DNA of 64,000 bases, taken from Phycisphaerales bacterium. GTDB lineage: Bacteria > Planctomycetota > Phycisphaerae > Phycisphaerales > UBA1924. The translations under genes were made by a program, and so were the position numbers. Shown one piece after another: positions 10,136 through 20,256 of this stretch (the stretch's first letter is position 1; every line of letters begins with the position of its first letter). The notes under the pieces are model-generated. The model had not been told where the DNA came from and ran no database searches. It saw only the letters and a program-made list of their open reading frames with translations. The stretch spans positions 1,395 to 65,394 of the forward strand of contig JBOHNM010000002.1 of NCBI GenBank assembly GCA_050730675.1, written 5' to 3'.

Positions 10136-11737
10136 TTGTTGAACGGCTGGTTGCGAAATGCAGCGGCGGCGTGCTGTGCCTTGGGCTTTGTCGGCGCGGC
10201 GATGCGCGCCGGAGCGCCGGGGGCCAAAGACGCACAGGCGGCTCTCCAGCCGGCCGAGTCCCCCTCGATCGGCCTGGTCGGTTTGGCCCCGGCCGACTCC
10301 AAGATCGTCATCGCCACCCGCAACTTCGACGAGGTCCTCAAGCAGGCCGAGGGCTCGGCCCTGGCCGACGCCGTGAAACGTCTCGGCTTGCTCAGCAGCT
10401 CTGAGACCTCCGTGCAGCAACTCGCCCAGCAACTCGGCTGGACGCCGCCGATGGTCGTCGATCGACTCTTCGGCGGCGTCTGCATGCTCGCCATGCTTGA
10501 CGACGGCGAGGGCAAGCCGTGGCGCTGGATGCTCGTCTCCTCCATCACGCCCGACACCGCCGAGCAGCTCGGCGCCAAGCTCCAGGCCGTCCCCGCCGAC
10601 GCTGTCGCCGGCGTCCCCTCGCTCAGCATCGAGCGCGGCCGCTACGCACTGATCGTCCGCGACCGCCCCGCCGCCATGGGCGATGCCGGGCGCAGCCGGC
10701 GCACGCGCGTCATCGGCCTGACGCCGCGCGGCGACGGCGGTGCACTCTCTGAACTCGCCCGCACGCTCGTCGCCGGCGAGGGCGACACCCTCGCCAAGCG
10801 CGGCGTCACAGCCACCCTCAAGACCCTGGTTCCCGGGCACATCACCGTGCTCGTGCGTTCGTCCGCCGGCCCCGACAAGGCCATGCTCTGGTCCAGCTAC
10901 ACCGCCGTCGCCGCGCGAGCCGCACGCCCGGCTGGGGGCGCCGGTGCCGCAGGAGCAGGCTGGACCGCCGACGTCGTCCTCGCCGACCCGGCCTTCGCCG
11001 CGGCGCTGGCCGCAGGCGCGGCCCCCGCCGTCCTGCCCGCTCCGGCGGACGATGCGCTCGCATCCTTCTCCGAGCGCCGTCTCCCGGCATCGGTGCCCTG
11101 GTGCCTGCGCCTGCTGGAAACCTACGACCCCTCACCCGCAGGGGCTCCCGGCCAGCGTTCCCTCGGGGTATCGGCTATCGAGAACGCCGGCGTGGCGATC
11201 CAAATCTCAAGCCTCGCAGCCCCCGCCCCCAAGGGCGACACGTGGGCCGACCAGCACATGTCCGAGGTCGTGGCCCACCTGGAGGGCGATCCTCGCCCCG
11301 CCAACGCCTGCGGCGGCGTCGCCCCCGAGGCCGTGCGAACGACCGCCCTCACTCTCGCCCCAGCCTCGATGCCCCGCGCCGCTCTCGGTGCCGAGCGCAC
11401 ACTCTCGTGGCGAACGCGCCCCGCCGCTGCTCCGACGCCGGGTTCGGCAATCGTCGAGGCCGTCCTCTCCCCGGTTGCCGTCGCCCAAGTGCCCTGGCTC
11501 TCGGCACCGGCTGCCGCGCCGGCCCTCCCCGAAAACTGGCTCGCCTCCGGCTGGCTTCGTCCTGCGGCCATCGCCAAACTCTTGCCGCAGGACCTGGTGA
11601 CTCGCCTCAACGTCCTCGGTCTGGGTGACCTCGCCGGCTCGTGCGACCGCATCGAGTGGTCCTTCCGCGTTGACCGCGAAAGCAACCCGCCCGTGGTCCG
11701 CGGCCGTCTCGAGGCCCGTCCCGCCGCCGCCAGGTAG
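10136..11737 (+). CDS. hypothetical secreted Ala-rich protein
   Basis: 533-aa ORF with an N-terminal signal-like AAACCALGFVGAAMRAGA. It is third in the ECF module. No family recognised. Confidence 0.55.
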   Translation: MLNGWLRNAAAACCALGFVGAAMRAGAPGAKDAQAALQPAESPSIGLVGLAPADSKIVIATRNFDEVLKQAEGSALADAVKRLGLLSSSETSVQQLAQQLGWTPPMVVDRLFGGVCMLAMLDDGEGKPWRWMLVSSITPDTAEQLGAKLQAVPADAVAGVPSLSIERGRYALIVRDRPAAMGDAGRSRRTRVIGLTPRGDGGALSELARTLVAGEGDTLAKRGVTATLKTLVPGHITVLVRSSAGPDKAMLWSSYTAVAARAARPAGGAGAAGAGWTADVVLADPAFAAALAAGAAPAVLPAPADDALASFSERRLPASVPWCLRLLETYDPSPAGAPGQRSLGVSAIENAGVAIQISSLAAPAPKGDTWADQHMSEVVAHLEGDPRPANACGGVAPEAVRTTALTLAPASMPRAALGAERTLSWRTRPAAAPTPGSAIVEAVLSPVAVAQVPWLSAPAAAPALPENWLASGWLRPAAIAKLLPQDLVTRLNVLGLGDLAGSCDRIEWSFRVDRESNPPVVRGRLEARPAAAR

Positions 11738-11809
11738 CCGCCCGACCACGATCGCCAACCCATCCAAACTCGCATAGCCGCTCAGATCGTTGCCCTGCCA
11801 AAGAAAAAA

Positions 11810-11829
11810 GCCCGGGGCATGCCCCGGGC
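11810..11829 (-). terminator. rho-independent terminator hairpin downstream of tsf (possibly bidirectional)
   Basis: Perfect 9-bp arms GCCCGGGGC-AT-GCCCCGGGC. It is flanked by AAGAAAAAA on the plus strand, which gives a U-run for the minus-strand tsf transcript. It lies between convergent genes. Confidence 0.7.
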
Positions 11830-11856
11830 TTGTGTCAAACTGAATTTATCGAACGA

Positions 11857-12696
11857 TCAGGTCGTCTCGCCGACCGCCCACCGCTTGAACGCCACGATCG
11901 TCGCCTTGCCCCCGATCACGTCCTTCACCTTGCGGGTCGGGTCCTTGATGTACGGCTGCTCCAGCAGCGCGATCTCTTCGAAGAACTTGCGCATGCCGCC
12001 CTCGACCATCTTCTCCGCGATCTCCTTCGGCTTGCCGCTCTCCATCGCCTGATCGATGCGGAACTTCCGTTCCTTCTCGACGATGTCCGCCGGCACGTCG
12101 TTGGCGCTCACGCCCTTGGGCGCGGGCACCGCGGCGACGATGTGCATGCCCAGGTCCTTGAGCATGTCGCTGGTGATCTCGCCCTCCGCGTGGATCAGCA
12201 CGCCGGTCTTGCCGTCGTGGTGCACGTACTGGCCGAAGACGGCGTGCGGGCCGCCGTTCATCTTGTGGCCGCGGGCGTACGAGCAGTTCTCGTTGGTGCT
12301 GATGCGGATCTCGTCAACGATCGCCTGCATCTCGCCGGTGACAGGCACGTCGCCCGACGGCTGCTCGGCCGCGAGGTTGACGCACTTATCGACCACCGAG
12401 CGGAAGTGCTCGTTCATCGCCGTGAAGTCGGTCTCGGCGCGAACCTCGATGATCGCCGCGTGCGGCACATTGCCGCCGTTGTCCGGACCGTGGATCGCCA
12501 CGCCGATCCGTCCCGCGCCGGCGGCGCGGTCGGTGCGGGCGTCCATCTTGCCCTTGAGCTTCTTGCGGAGCAGCTCCTCTGCTGCGCCCATGTCGCCGTT
12601 GGCCTCGACGAGCGCCCTCTTGCACTCCATCATCGAGAGCCCGGTCTTGTTGCGGAGCTTCATCACTTCGGCTGCAGAAATCTCGGCCACGGCCAT
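11857..12696 (-). CDS. tsf: translation elongation factor Ts
   Basis: MAVAEISAAEVMKLRNKTGLSMMECKRALVEANGDMGAAEELLRKK (UBA-like N-terminus). Start trimmed to ATG 12696. Confidence 0.95.
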   Translation of the reverse strand: MAVAEISAAEVMKLRNKTGLSMMECKRALVEANGDMGAAEELLRKKLKGKMDARTDRAAGAGRIGVAIHGPDNGGNVPHAAIIEVRAETDFTAMNEHFRSVVDKCVNLAAEQPSGDVPVTGEMQAIVDEIRISTNENCSYARGHKMNGGPHAVFGQYVHHDGKTGVLIHAEGEITSDMLKDLGMHIVAAVPAPKGVSANDVPADIVEKERKFRIDQAMESGKPKEIAEKMVEGGMRKFFEEIALLEQPYIKDPTRKVKDVIGGKATIVAFKRWAVGETT

Positions 12697-12799
12697 TCTC
12701 CTGACTCCAGATGCTGGTCTTGGGAACACGCGGCGCGGGGGAATCGCCCTCGCGCCGCGATTGGAATTTCAACTCACTGCTGTCGGGACACCGCTGCGA

Positions 12800-13639
12800 T
12801 CAGACGGCCTTCGGCGCTTCGCCCTCGGCCCCCGGCGCACCCGCGGCCACCGGCTCGTCGGACCGGAACTGGGCCCGGCGGCTGCGGCGCGGCTGGCCCG
12901 CGGCCTCGGCGGCCCCGCCCACGGCGGCTGCCTGGTCGCCCTCGGTCTTCGACATGCGGGCCTGCTTGCCGTCGGCGATCGCCAGGCACAGCTCGCGGAC
13001 CACCACGTCGATCGAACGCATCGAGTCGTCGTTGCCCGGGATGGGGATGTCGGCCAGATCGGGGTCGCCGTCGGTGTCGATGAGGCACACCGTCGGGATG
13101 CCGAGCTTCTTCGCCTCGCGCAGAGCGTTCAGCTCACGCTTGACGTCGATCACGACCATGCACCCCGGGAGCTTCTCCATGTGGCGCACGCCCTCGAGGT
13201 TGCGCTTGATCTTCTCCATCTCGCGCCGGAGCTGGCTCTCCATCTTCTTGGAGTAGCTGGCGAAATTGTCGTGCAGCTGGATAGCCTCGAGCTCCTCGAA
13301 CCGCTTGAGGCGGCTGCGGATGGTGCGGAAGTTCGTCAGCGTGCCGCCCAGCCACCGCTCGGTGACCCAGTGCTGCTTGACGTCGCCCACGCGCGTCTGC
13401 AGCACCGTATGCGCCTGGCGCTTGGTGCCCACAAAGCAGACGTCCTTGCCGTCGGCCACCACGCGGGTGATGAACTTCTTGGCGAGTAGGAGGCCCTTGA
13501 TGGTCTCCTTGATGTCGATGATGTGGATCCCGTTGCGCTTGCCCCAGATATAGGGCTGCATCTTCGGGTTCCATCCGGACGAGCGCTGACCGAAGTGGAT
13601 GCCCGCCTCGATCAGGTCCTGAACAAGTTGCGAAGCCAT
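12800..13639 (-). CDS. rpsB: 30S ribosomal protein S2 (with C-terminal Ala/Gly/Glu-rich tail)
   Basis: LIEAGIHFGQRSSGWNPKMQPYIWGKRNGIHIIDIKET...FVGTKRQA...ERWLGGTLTNF. Confidence 0.95.
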   Translation of the reverse strand: MASQLVQDLIEAGIHFGQRSSGWNPKMQPYIWGKRNGIHIIDIKETIKGLLLAKKFITRVVADGKDVCFVGTKRQAHTVLQTRVGDVKQHWVTERWLGGTLTNFRTIRSRLKRFEELEAIQLHDNFASYSKKMESQLRREMEKIKRNLEGVRHMEKLPGCMVVIDVKRELNALREAKKLGIPTVCLIDTDGDPDLADIPIPGNDDSMRSIDVVVRELCLAIADGKQARMSKTEGDQAAAVGGAAEAAGQPRRSRRAQFRSDEPVAAGAPGAEGEAPKAV

Positions 13640-13876
13640 GAGACGTTCCTTTCAGCGACACCGGCGACAGACGAACCGGCTTTGACCACGCAAGGTCGGG
13701 TGGGCCCTTCCCTGGGGTCGGTCTGTCGCGCCTGGGGCGCTTCATCTACACCTTGCACAGCCGCAACGGAACGCACACACGCCCCCCGCGGCAGCCGATC
13801 GCCGGTTCGTGATCGACTAGCCCATCTTAGGCATCCAAAATCCGGCTTTCTGCCCTCTCCAGCCCCGATTTCCCAA

Positions 13877-13950
13877 CGTCCCGGGTGCGACTCGAACGCA
13901 CGACCGTCGGATTAGAAATCCGATGCTCTATCCAGCTGAGCTACCGGGAC
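13877..13950 (-). tRNA. tRNA-Arg (anticodon TCT)
   Basis: Hand-folded cloverleaf: acceptor GTCCCGG/CCGGGAC, D arm AGCTCAGCTGGATAGAGC, anticodon arm TCGGA-TTTCTAA-TCCGA, T arm GTGCG-TTCGAGT-CGCAC, discriminator G. CCA is not encoded. Confidence 0.9.
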
Positions 13951-13994
13951 CTTTCGATTGACCCCAGGACAAGGGTAGTGCCCAACTGTCCGGA

Positions 13995-15125
13995 ATGCGC
14001 AATTCGCACGCCCGCGTCATATCCTCACCCATGGCCGTCGCGCCGCCCGCACCGTCCAACTCCTTGGGCAACGCCATCCCGCTCCCAGTTTCCGGGCTTG
14101 CCCCGGCGGGGCCTGTGCGCGTCGAGGTTCCGGCCGCCGCTGCGCCAACCTCCCCCGCCACAGCCGGCCAGACCGCCCGCGCCATCGTCGAACTCGGCAA
14201 GCCCGGCATCACCCGGCTGGTCACCATCACCGCGCTGGTCGGCTTCGTCCTCGCCGCCGTCGCCCGCCCGCTCGCGGCATGGCAGCAGGGAGGATGGGGT
14301 GCGATCACGCTCACCCTCGCCGCCTGTGTCGTCGGCACAGTCCTCTCCTCGGGTGGCGCCAACGCGATCAACCAGTGGATGGAGCGTCACCGCGACGCTC
14401 TCATGAAGCGCACCGCCCGCCGCCCGCTCCCGCAGGGACGCCTCACCGCCGGCAGCGCCCTTTGGGCCGGCCTGGCGATGAGCATCGGCGGCATCGTCAT
14501 CCTCGCCGCGTTCTGCGGCCCCGCCGCCGCGGCCGTCTCGCTCGCCACCATCCTCGTCTACGTCCTGCTCTACACGCCGGCCAAGGTCCTCACGCCCCTG
14601 AACACAATCCTGGGGGCCGTTCCGGGCGCGCTCCCGCCGCTCATCGGCTGGTGCGCCGCTCAGTTCCCCGTCCTCGGCTGGGCCCACTCGTTCGACGCCC
14701 TGACCCAGCCCGGCGGCTGGTCTCTCTTCGCTCTCATGTTCGTTTGGCAGATCCCGCACTTCCTCTCCCTCGCGTGGATGTACCGCGAGGACTACGCCGC
14801 CGGCGGCTACCGCATGCTCCCGGTCGTCGATGCCGACGGCTCGCTCACCGCCCGCACCATGCTCGGCTGGGCAATCATGCTCATCCCCGCGACGCTCCTT
14901 CCGGTCTTGCTCCTGCGTGGGGGGGCGCACATCGGCTGGCCCTACGCCGCGGTCGCTGTCCTCTCGGGCCTCGCGTTCATCGCCGTCGTTGTCCCCTTCG
15001 CCCGCTCGCGTCAGCCCCTGGCCGCCCGGCGCGTCTTCCTCGCCTCGATCATGCACCTGCCGCTGCTGATGGTGGCACTGGTAATCGAAGCGTTGACGCG
15101 CTGGCTCCTCCAGGCCGCCGCGTAA
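13995..15125 (+). CDS. ctaB: protoheme IX farnesyltransferase (heme O synthase)
   Basis: ELGKPGITRLVTITALVGF..., NQWMERHRDALMKRTARRPLP, polytopic UbiA-superfamily profile, WQIPHFLSLAWMYREDY. The start could be ATG 14031. Confidence 0.9.
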   Translation: MRNSHARVISSPMAVAPPAPSNSLGNAIPLPVSGLAPAGPVRVEVPAAAAPTSPATAGQTARAIVELGKPGITRLVTITALVGFVLAAVARPLAAWQQGGWGAITLTLAACVVGTVLSSGGANAINQWMERHRDALMKRTARRPLPQGRLTAGSALWAGLAMSIGGIVILAAFCGPAAAAVSLATILVYVLLYTPAKVLTPLNTILGAVPGALPPLIGWCAAQFPVLGWAHSFDALTQPGGWSLFALMFVWQIPHFLSLAWMYREDYAAGGYRMLPVVDADGSLTARTMLGWAIMLIPATLLPVLLLRGGAHIGWPYAAVAVLSGLAFIAVVVPFARSRQPLAARRVFLASIMHLPLLMVALVIEALTRWLLQAAA

Positions 15126-15165
15126 TCGGCTCTCCCGACGCACTTCCCCGGACGTAGCATCGCCC

Positions 15166-15900
15166 ATGCCCCGTTTCCTGCGAATCTGGATCTACACGGC
15201 GCTGGTGATCTTCCTCCTCAGCAGCCTCACGCTGGTTGTGATGGCGGCCACACGTCCGCGGACGCTCCCTTCCTCAGCATCATCCGCCGAGGCCTTCGCC
15301 GATGTCGGCTTCGGCGCCTTCAACCTCGTCGCCCAGGACAACAGACCCGTCAATCAGGATGTCTTCAACGGCAAGGTCAGTATTGTGGACTTTGTCTTCA
15401 CCCACTGCCAGCTCGCCTGCCCCAGGATGTCCCTCGAGATGGCCAGGCTCACCAAGCAGCTCGGCGATACGCCCGTGCAGTTCGTCAGCTTCTCCCTCGA
15501 TCCCAAGCGCGACACGCCCGAAAAGCTCGGCGCCTGGGCCGCCGACTGGGCCAACAAGGCCGAGGGCAGCACCGAACGCTGGATGCTCCTCACCGAGCCG
15601 CCGGGCCAATCCAAGGGACTCGGCATCGTCCGCACCATGCTCTCGCAAGACCTCAAGCTCTACGTCGAGGACGACCCCGCCCGCCCCATCACGCTCGAAA
15701 ACGGTGAGACGATGTCCAACATCTTCCACCCCGTGGACTTCTTCCTCGTCGGTCCCGACGGCAAGATTGTCGGCCGCTTCGGCAGCACCCGTCCGGAAGA
15801 ACTGCAGGAACTCGCCGAAACCGCCCGAGCCTTGTGCGAATCCCTCAGCTCGTCGAATCCGGCTTCGAGGCCTGGCGCACTTTCACCCGCCGCGAAGTAA
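15166..15900 (+). CDS. SCO1/SenC family copper chaperone
   Basis: N-terminal TM, then VDFVFTHCQLACP (CxxxC) and SFSLDPKRDTP. It follows the heme O synthase gene. Confidence 0.85.
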   Translation: MPRFLRIWIYTALVIFLLSSLTLVVMAATRPRTLPSSASSAEAFADVGFGAFNLVAQDNRPVNQDVFNGKVSIVDFVFTHCQLACPRMSLEMARLTKQLGDTPVQFVSFSLDPKRDTPEKLGAWAADWANKAEGSTERWMLLTEPPGQSKGLGIVRTMLSQDLKLYVEDDPARPITLENGETMSNIFHPVDFFLVGPDGKIVGRFGSTRPEELQELAETARALCESLSSSNPASRPGALSPAAK

Positions 15901-16897
15901 TCTCCACCACCGACCCTGACCAGTCCAGCTCGCGGGGCTCTGTATCCGCGCTCCGGATCAGCCGCACCGCCGCGCCGATCGACCGCGCCGGCAGCCGATC
16001 CAGCCCGCGGCCGACGTTCATTCCCGCAAACGCCTGCCGCAGCACCTCACCCAGTACGGGCGACGACATTCGCCGCAGTTCCGCCCGCGGCCACACCAAC
16101 TCTGTGCCAATCCGCCGCTGCGCCGTCCGCCGCAGCATCCTCGCCAATTCCCGCTGCAACGCCGCCGCGTCCGCAATCCGCTCCACTGCGCTCTGTCGGA
16201 TCGCCAGCAGCCGCGGCAGTACCTCATGCCGGATCGCTGCCCGCAAGCGGCTCGTGTCTTCGTTGGTCGCGTCCTCGCGCCACGTCCATCCGCACCCGCG
16301 GCAAAGATCCCGAGCCTTCTCCGGTGTCACCCCGAGCATCGGTCGGATCAGCCACGACCGCGAACTGCCCGCGTCCATCCGCCGCTTCGGCGCAATCCCA
16401 CCCAGCCCCGCCGGCCCCGCCCCTCGCACCAGGTGCATGAGCACGCTCTCTGACTGGTCGTGCGCATGGTGGGCCGTCGCAATAAATTTCACGCCGCATT
16501 CCCGTGCCATCTCCGCCAGCGCTTCGTAACGCAGCCGTCGTGCAGCGCCCTCAGCGTTCTCACCCGCCCGCCGCACGTGAACCTCGCGCTCGACGAACTT
16601 CAGCCCCAGCCCTTCCGCCAGCGCCCGCACCGCATCCCGGTCCGCCAGCGCCTCCGCCCGCGGCCTCAAATCATGCACCACATGCCCGACAACTACGTCA
16701 TCGCTTACCGCCGCCAACGCCAGGACCAGCGCCGACGAGTCCGCGCCGCCGCTGCACGCGATGAGCGTCGGCTCGCCCTTGCCCGCCCGCCGCGCCCGCG
16801 CTGGCGAAGTCAGCCGCCGCCACTCCAGCGCAATCCGCCGCACCACCGCGTCGCGGCGGCTTGGGAGCACAACAGTCGTGGTGGAGGCGACGGGCAT
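15845..16897 (-). CDS. tilS: tRNA(Ile)-lysidine synthetase
   Basis: PP-loop LIACSGGADSSALVLAL, ATAHHAHDQSE. The 3' end overlaps the convergent SCO1 gene by 56 nt. Confidence 0.85.
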   Translation of the reverse strand: MPVASTTTVVLPSRRDAVVRRIALEWRRLTSPARARRAGKGEPTLIACSGGADSSALVLALAAVSDDVVVGHVVHDLRPRAEALADRDAVRALAEGLGLKFVEREVHVRRAGENAEGAARRLRYEALAEMARECGVKFIATAHHAHDQSESVLMHLVRGAGPAGLGGIAPKRRMDAGSSRSWLIRPMLGVTPEKARDLCRGCGWTWREDATNEDTSRLRAAIRHEVLPRLLAIRQSAVERIADAAALQRELARMLRRTAQRRIGTELVWPRAELRRMSSPVLGEVLRQAFAGMNVGRGLDRLPARSIGAAVRLIRSADTEPRELDWSGSVVEITSRRVKVRQASKPDSTS

Positions 16898-16985
16898 CCC
16901 TACATGCTACCCGCCGCGGCGTGCGGCCCTGCTCACCGCTACGCTTGCCGCAACCCGGCATCTCAAGCCGGGTGCGGAGTTGAAC

Positions 16986-19166
16986 ATGACGAAGTCGTTC
17001 TGGCGTGTGGCGGGTGCGTTCATCGGGGTCGGCATGATCACCGCGGCAGTGAGTGGACAAGACCGTGGTGAGGCCGTCGGCAAGGGCATCGCCCGCTTCC
17101 ACGCTGCATACTTTGCCGACGCAGACCGCACCCCTTCCTACGCCCTCATGCACGATGTGCCCGCCACCGGTGCACTCGCCGCCGATTTCAAGGTTAAGCC
17201 CGTTTTCTCCAAGTCCAAGGACGGCCGCCACGCCGTCCGCATCGAACTCGACCCCGGCACGTCTTTGTATGGCACCGGCGAAGTTGCCGGGCCGCTCGAG
17301 CGCACCGGCCGCTCCGTCACGCTCTGGAACTACGACGCTTTCGGCTATACCCCCGACTACCCGTCGCTCTACCAGAGCCACCCGTGGGTGCTCGCCGTCC
17401 GTTCCGACGGCACCGCCTTTGGCGTGCTCGCCGACACTTCTTGGCGCACCGAAGTCAAGCTCGACGGCGCGATCGAGTTCCTCGGCGAGGGCGCCCCGTA
17501 CCCGGTCTACATCATCGACCGCGAGTCGCCGCAGGAAGTCGTCAAGGGCCTCGCCGAACTCATCGGCACCATGCCGCTCCCACCGTTGTGGGCCATTGGC
17601 TACCACCAGTGCCGCTATTCCTACAACCCCGACGCGCGCGTGCGGGAAGTCGCCGGAGAATTCCGCAAGCGCAAGATCCCCTGCGATGTCATCTGGTTCG
17701 ATATCGACTACATGAACGAGTACCGCGTCTTCACCGTGGACACCAAGCAGTTCCCGGACCTCAAGAAGCTCAACACGGATCTGGGTGCGATGGGTTTCCA
17801 GCGGATCTTCATGATCGACCCGGGCATCAAGATGGAGAAGGGTTACTCGGTCTACGACGACGCGATGAAGAACGATGTCGCCGTGCGCACCGCGTCGGGC
17901 GAGATCTTCCAGGGCGCCGTCTGGCCCGGCATGTGCGTCTTCCCCGACTACACACGCCCGGAGGTCCGCGTCTGGTGGGCCGGCCTCTTCAAAGACTTCA
18001 TGGCCCAGGGCGTCAGCGGCGTCTGGAACGACATGAACGAGCCCGCCGTCTTCGGCACCCCGACCAAAACAATGCCGGAGGACAACGTCCACAAAGGTGG
18101 GACTGAGACCTTCGGCGTCGTCAAGCCCGGCCCGCACCTGCGCTTCCATAATGTCTACGGCATGCTGATGGCCAAGGGCACCTTCGATGGCATCACCGCC
18201 GCCGTCCCCGCCAAGCGCCCGTTCGTCCTCACCCGCGCCGGCTACATCGGCAGCCAGCGCTACGCAGCTACCTGGACCGGCGACAACAGCGCTACCTGGA
18301 ACGACCTCGAGCAGTCGATTCCCATGGCGATCAACCTTGGCCTCTCGGGCCAGCCCTTCGCCGGCCCGGATATCGGCGGCTTCAACGGCAACGGCCCGCG
18401 TGACAAGGCCGAGCGGGCGACCCTCTTCTCGCGCTGGATGGGCATCGGTTCGCTCCTGGGCTTCAGCCGCGGCCACACCGCCAAGGGCAATATCGACAAG
18501 GAGCCCTGGGCGTTCGGGCCGGAGGCGGAAGTCACCTGCCGCCAGGCGCTGGAGCGCCGTTACCGCCTGCTGCCGTACTACTACACCCTCTTCTACGAAG
18601 CACACAAGACTGGGTTACCGGTTGTCCGTCCCGCATTCTTCGCCGACCCCCGCGACCAGGCTCTCCGCGCCGAGGACGACTGTTTCCTCATCGGCGACGA
18701 TGTGCTGGTGGTGCCGCAGCTCATGCCCGACAACACCCGCGTGATGATCGAGCCCAAGGGCGATTGGCGGCAGTTCGAGCTGGTCGGCGAGAAGGGCAAC
18801 CCCGACCTGCCCAAGCTCAAGATCCGCGCCGGCTCGATCGTGCCGCTCGGACCCGTCGTGCAGTACGTCGGCGAAAAACCCCTCGACCCGCTCACGCTCC
18901 TCATCGCCTTCGACGAGACCAACACCGCCAACGGATTTCTCTACGAGGATGCCGGCGACGGATACGGCTACCGGCAGGGCGAGTTCCGCCGCACCCACTA
19001 CACCGCCAAGCGCGACCGCGACACCGTGACGGTGAGCATTGCCAACACCGAAGGCCAGCTCCCGCGTCCCAAGCGTGACATCGTGGTGCAGGTCGTCCTC
19101 CCCGGCGGCAAAATCGCCGAGGGCAAGGGCGCCGACGGCGGCAGCTTCAAGTTCGATATCAAGTGA
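16986..19166 (+). CDS. GH31 alpha-glucosidase, secreted
   Basis: Start trimmed to ATG 16986 (MTKSFWRVAGAFIGVGMITAAVSG signal). It carries the GH31 motifs WFDIDYM, GVWNDMNEPAVF (nucleophile Asp region) and TWTGDNSATW. Confidence 0.9.
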   Translation: MTKSFWRVAGAFIGVGMITAAVSGQDRGEAVGKGIARFHAAYFADADRTPSYALMHDVPATGALAADFKVKPVFSKSKDGRHAVRIELDPGTSLYGTGEVAGPLERTGRSVTLWNYDAFGYTPDYPSLYQSHPWVLAVRSDGTAFGVLADTSWRTEVKLDGAIEFLGEGAPYPVYIIDRESPQEVVKGLAELIGTMPLPPLWAIGYHQCRYSYNPDARVREVAGEFRKRKIPCDVIWFDIDYMNEYRVFTVDTKQFPDLKKLNTDLGAMGFQRIFMIDPGIKMEKGYSVYDDAMKNDVAVRTASGEIFQGAVWPGMCVFPDYTRPEVRVWWAGLFKDFMAQGVSGVWNDMNEPAVFGTPTKTMPEDNVHKGGTETFGVVKPGPHLRFHNVYGMLMAKGTFDGITAAVPAKRPFVLTRAGYIGSQRYAATWTGDNSATWNDLEQSIPMAINLGLSGQPFAGPDIGGFNGNGPRDKAERATLFSRWMGIGSLLGFSRGHTAKGNIDKEPWAFGPEAEVTCRQALERRYRLLPYYYTLFYEAHKTGLPVVRPAFFADPRDQALRAEDDCFLIGDDVLVVPQLMPDNTRVMIEPKGDWRQFELVGEKGNPDLPKLKIRAGSIVPLGPVVQYVGEKPLDPLTLLIAFDETNTANGFLYEDAGDGYGYRQGEFRRTHYTAKRDRDTVTVSIANTEGQLPRPKRDIVVQVVLPGGKIAEGKGADGGSFKFDIK

Positions 19167-20217
19167 CCGCGCCCGCGCCGGGGTAGGGGGCGGCGAGCAG
19201 TTGCCGCTCGACCGCGCGGACCACCTCATCGACGGTGATCCGCGCCATCATGGCTCGTCCCACTGACTCAGATTTGTGGTCAAGAACATCGCCCGGTTCG
19301 CGGTGCTGGATCACCCGGTCCGCCGCCCCATAGGGCCCGACCTTGGCGACATCCGTCGGCCCATACAGCCCCACCAGCGGCCGCCCGAAGCCGACGGCCA
19401 TGTGCAGCGCCGCCGAGTCGTTAGCCACCAGCACACGGCAACCGGCGATGATCGCCATCAACTCCGCGATGCTCGTGTGCCCCACGCGGTCGATCACGCA
19501 GCCGTCCTTCGCGGCCAGTTCCAGCACATCGTGGCACTGGTCGCGCTCGTTGCGCCCGCCGACGACCACGACTCGCTCGATGCCGAACTCAGGCCGCGAC
19601 AGCAGCAACTGAGCCAGTTCAGCAAACCGCTGGGGCGGCCATTGCTTGCCCGGCCACCGACTGGTTGGAGCGAGCACCGCGTAGTGATCGGTGGCCGGCG
19701 CATGACTTGCATCCGTGCCTCCGGGCAAATACAACCGCATGTCCCGCACGATGGGCGCTCCCGCGGCCTCAACCAGCCGCAACATCCGATCCACCGTGTG
19801 GACCGCCCCGCCATCGTCAACCCGCAGCGTGTACGCCAGCCGTCCACCCTCGCGAGCGTTGGCGTGCCCGACCCGCACCGGCGCGCCGGTTGCCCACGTG
19901 ATCAGCGCACTGCGGGCCAGCCCCTGCGCATCAACGACGATGTCGTAGCGACGTCGCCGTAAGCCGCGCAACCACTGCACGAACCGTGCCGCCGTCGGCG
20001 GCGTGTACCACGAAGCGAACTTGGATCGCGGGAACGGGATGACCTCGTTCACCGCCGGGTGCCCGCGCACGGCATCGACGAATGTGTCCTGCACCAACCA
20101 GTCGATGGTGGCTCCGGGCCAGCGGGCCCGCAGGCTCGCCGCCAGCGGCACTGTGCGGCAGACATCCCCCAGGGCGCTGGGCCGGATGAGCAGTATGCGT
20201 GCGGGGTCGTGCGTCAT
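19159..20217 (-). CDS. glycosyltransferase family 9 (heptosyltransferase-like)
   Basis: ILLIRPSALGDVCRTVPLAASLRARWPGATIDWLV... and C-terminal VANDSAALHMAVGFGRPLVGLYGPT. Confidence 0.85.
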   Translation of the reverse strand: MTHDPARILLIRPSALGDVCRTVPLAASLRARWPGATIDWLVQDTFVDAVRGHPAVNEVIPFPRSKFASWYTPPTAARFVQWLRGLRRRRYDIVVDAQGLARSALITWATGAPVRVGHANAREGGRLAYTLRVDDGGAVHTVDRMLRLVEAAGAPIVRDMRLYLPGGTDASHAPATDHYAVLAPTSRWPGKQWPPQRFAELAQLLLSRPEFGIERVVVVGGRNERDQCHDVLELAAKDGCVIDRVGHTSIAELMAIIAGCRVLVANDSAALHMAVGFGRPLVGLYGPTDVAKVGPYGAADRVIQHREPGDVLDHKSESVGRAMMARITVDEVVRAVERQLLAAPYPGAGAVT

Positions 20218-20256
20218 GCGCGGACGCCATGGTACAGGAGGTGGTATCCTGCGTGC

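Noticed and set aside
9185-10840. 551-aa and 440-aa minus-strand ORFs across the ECF module
   Set aside because: They are Arg/Gly/Pro-rich antisense frames. The plus strand has sigma-70 regions 2 and 4 and coupled downstream genes.
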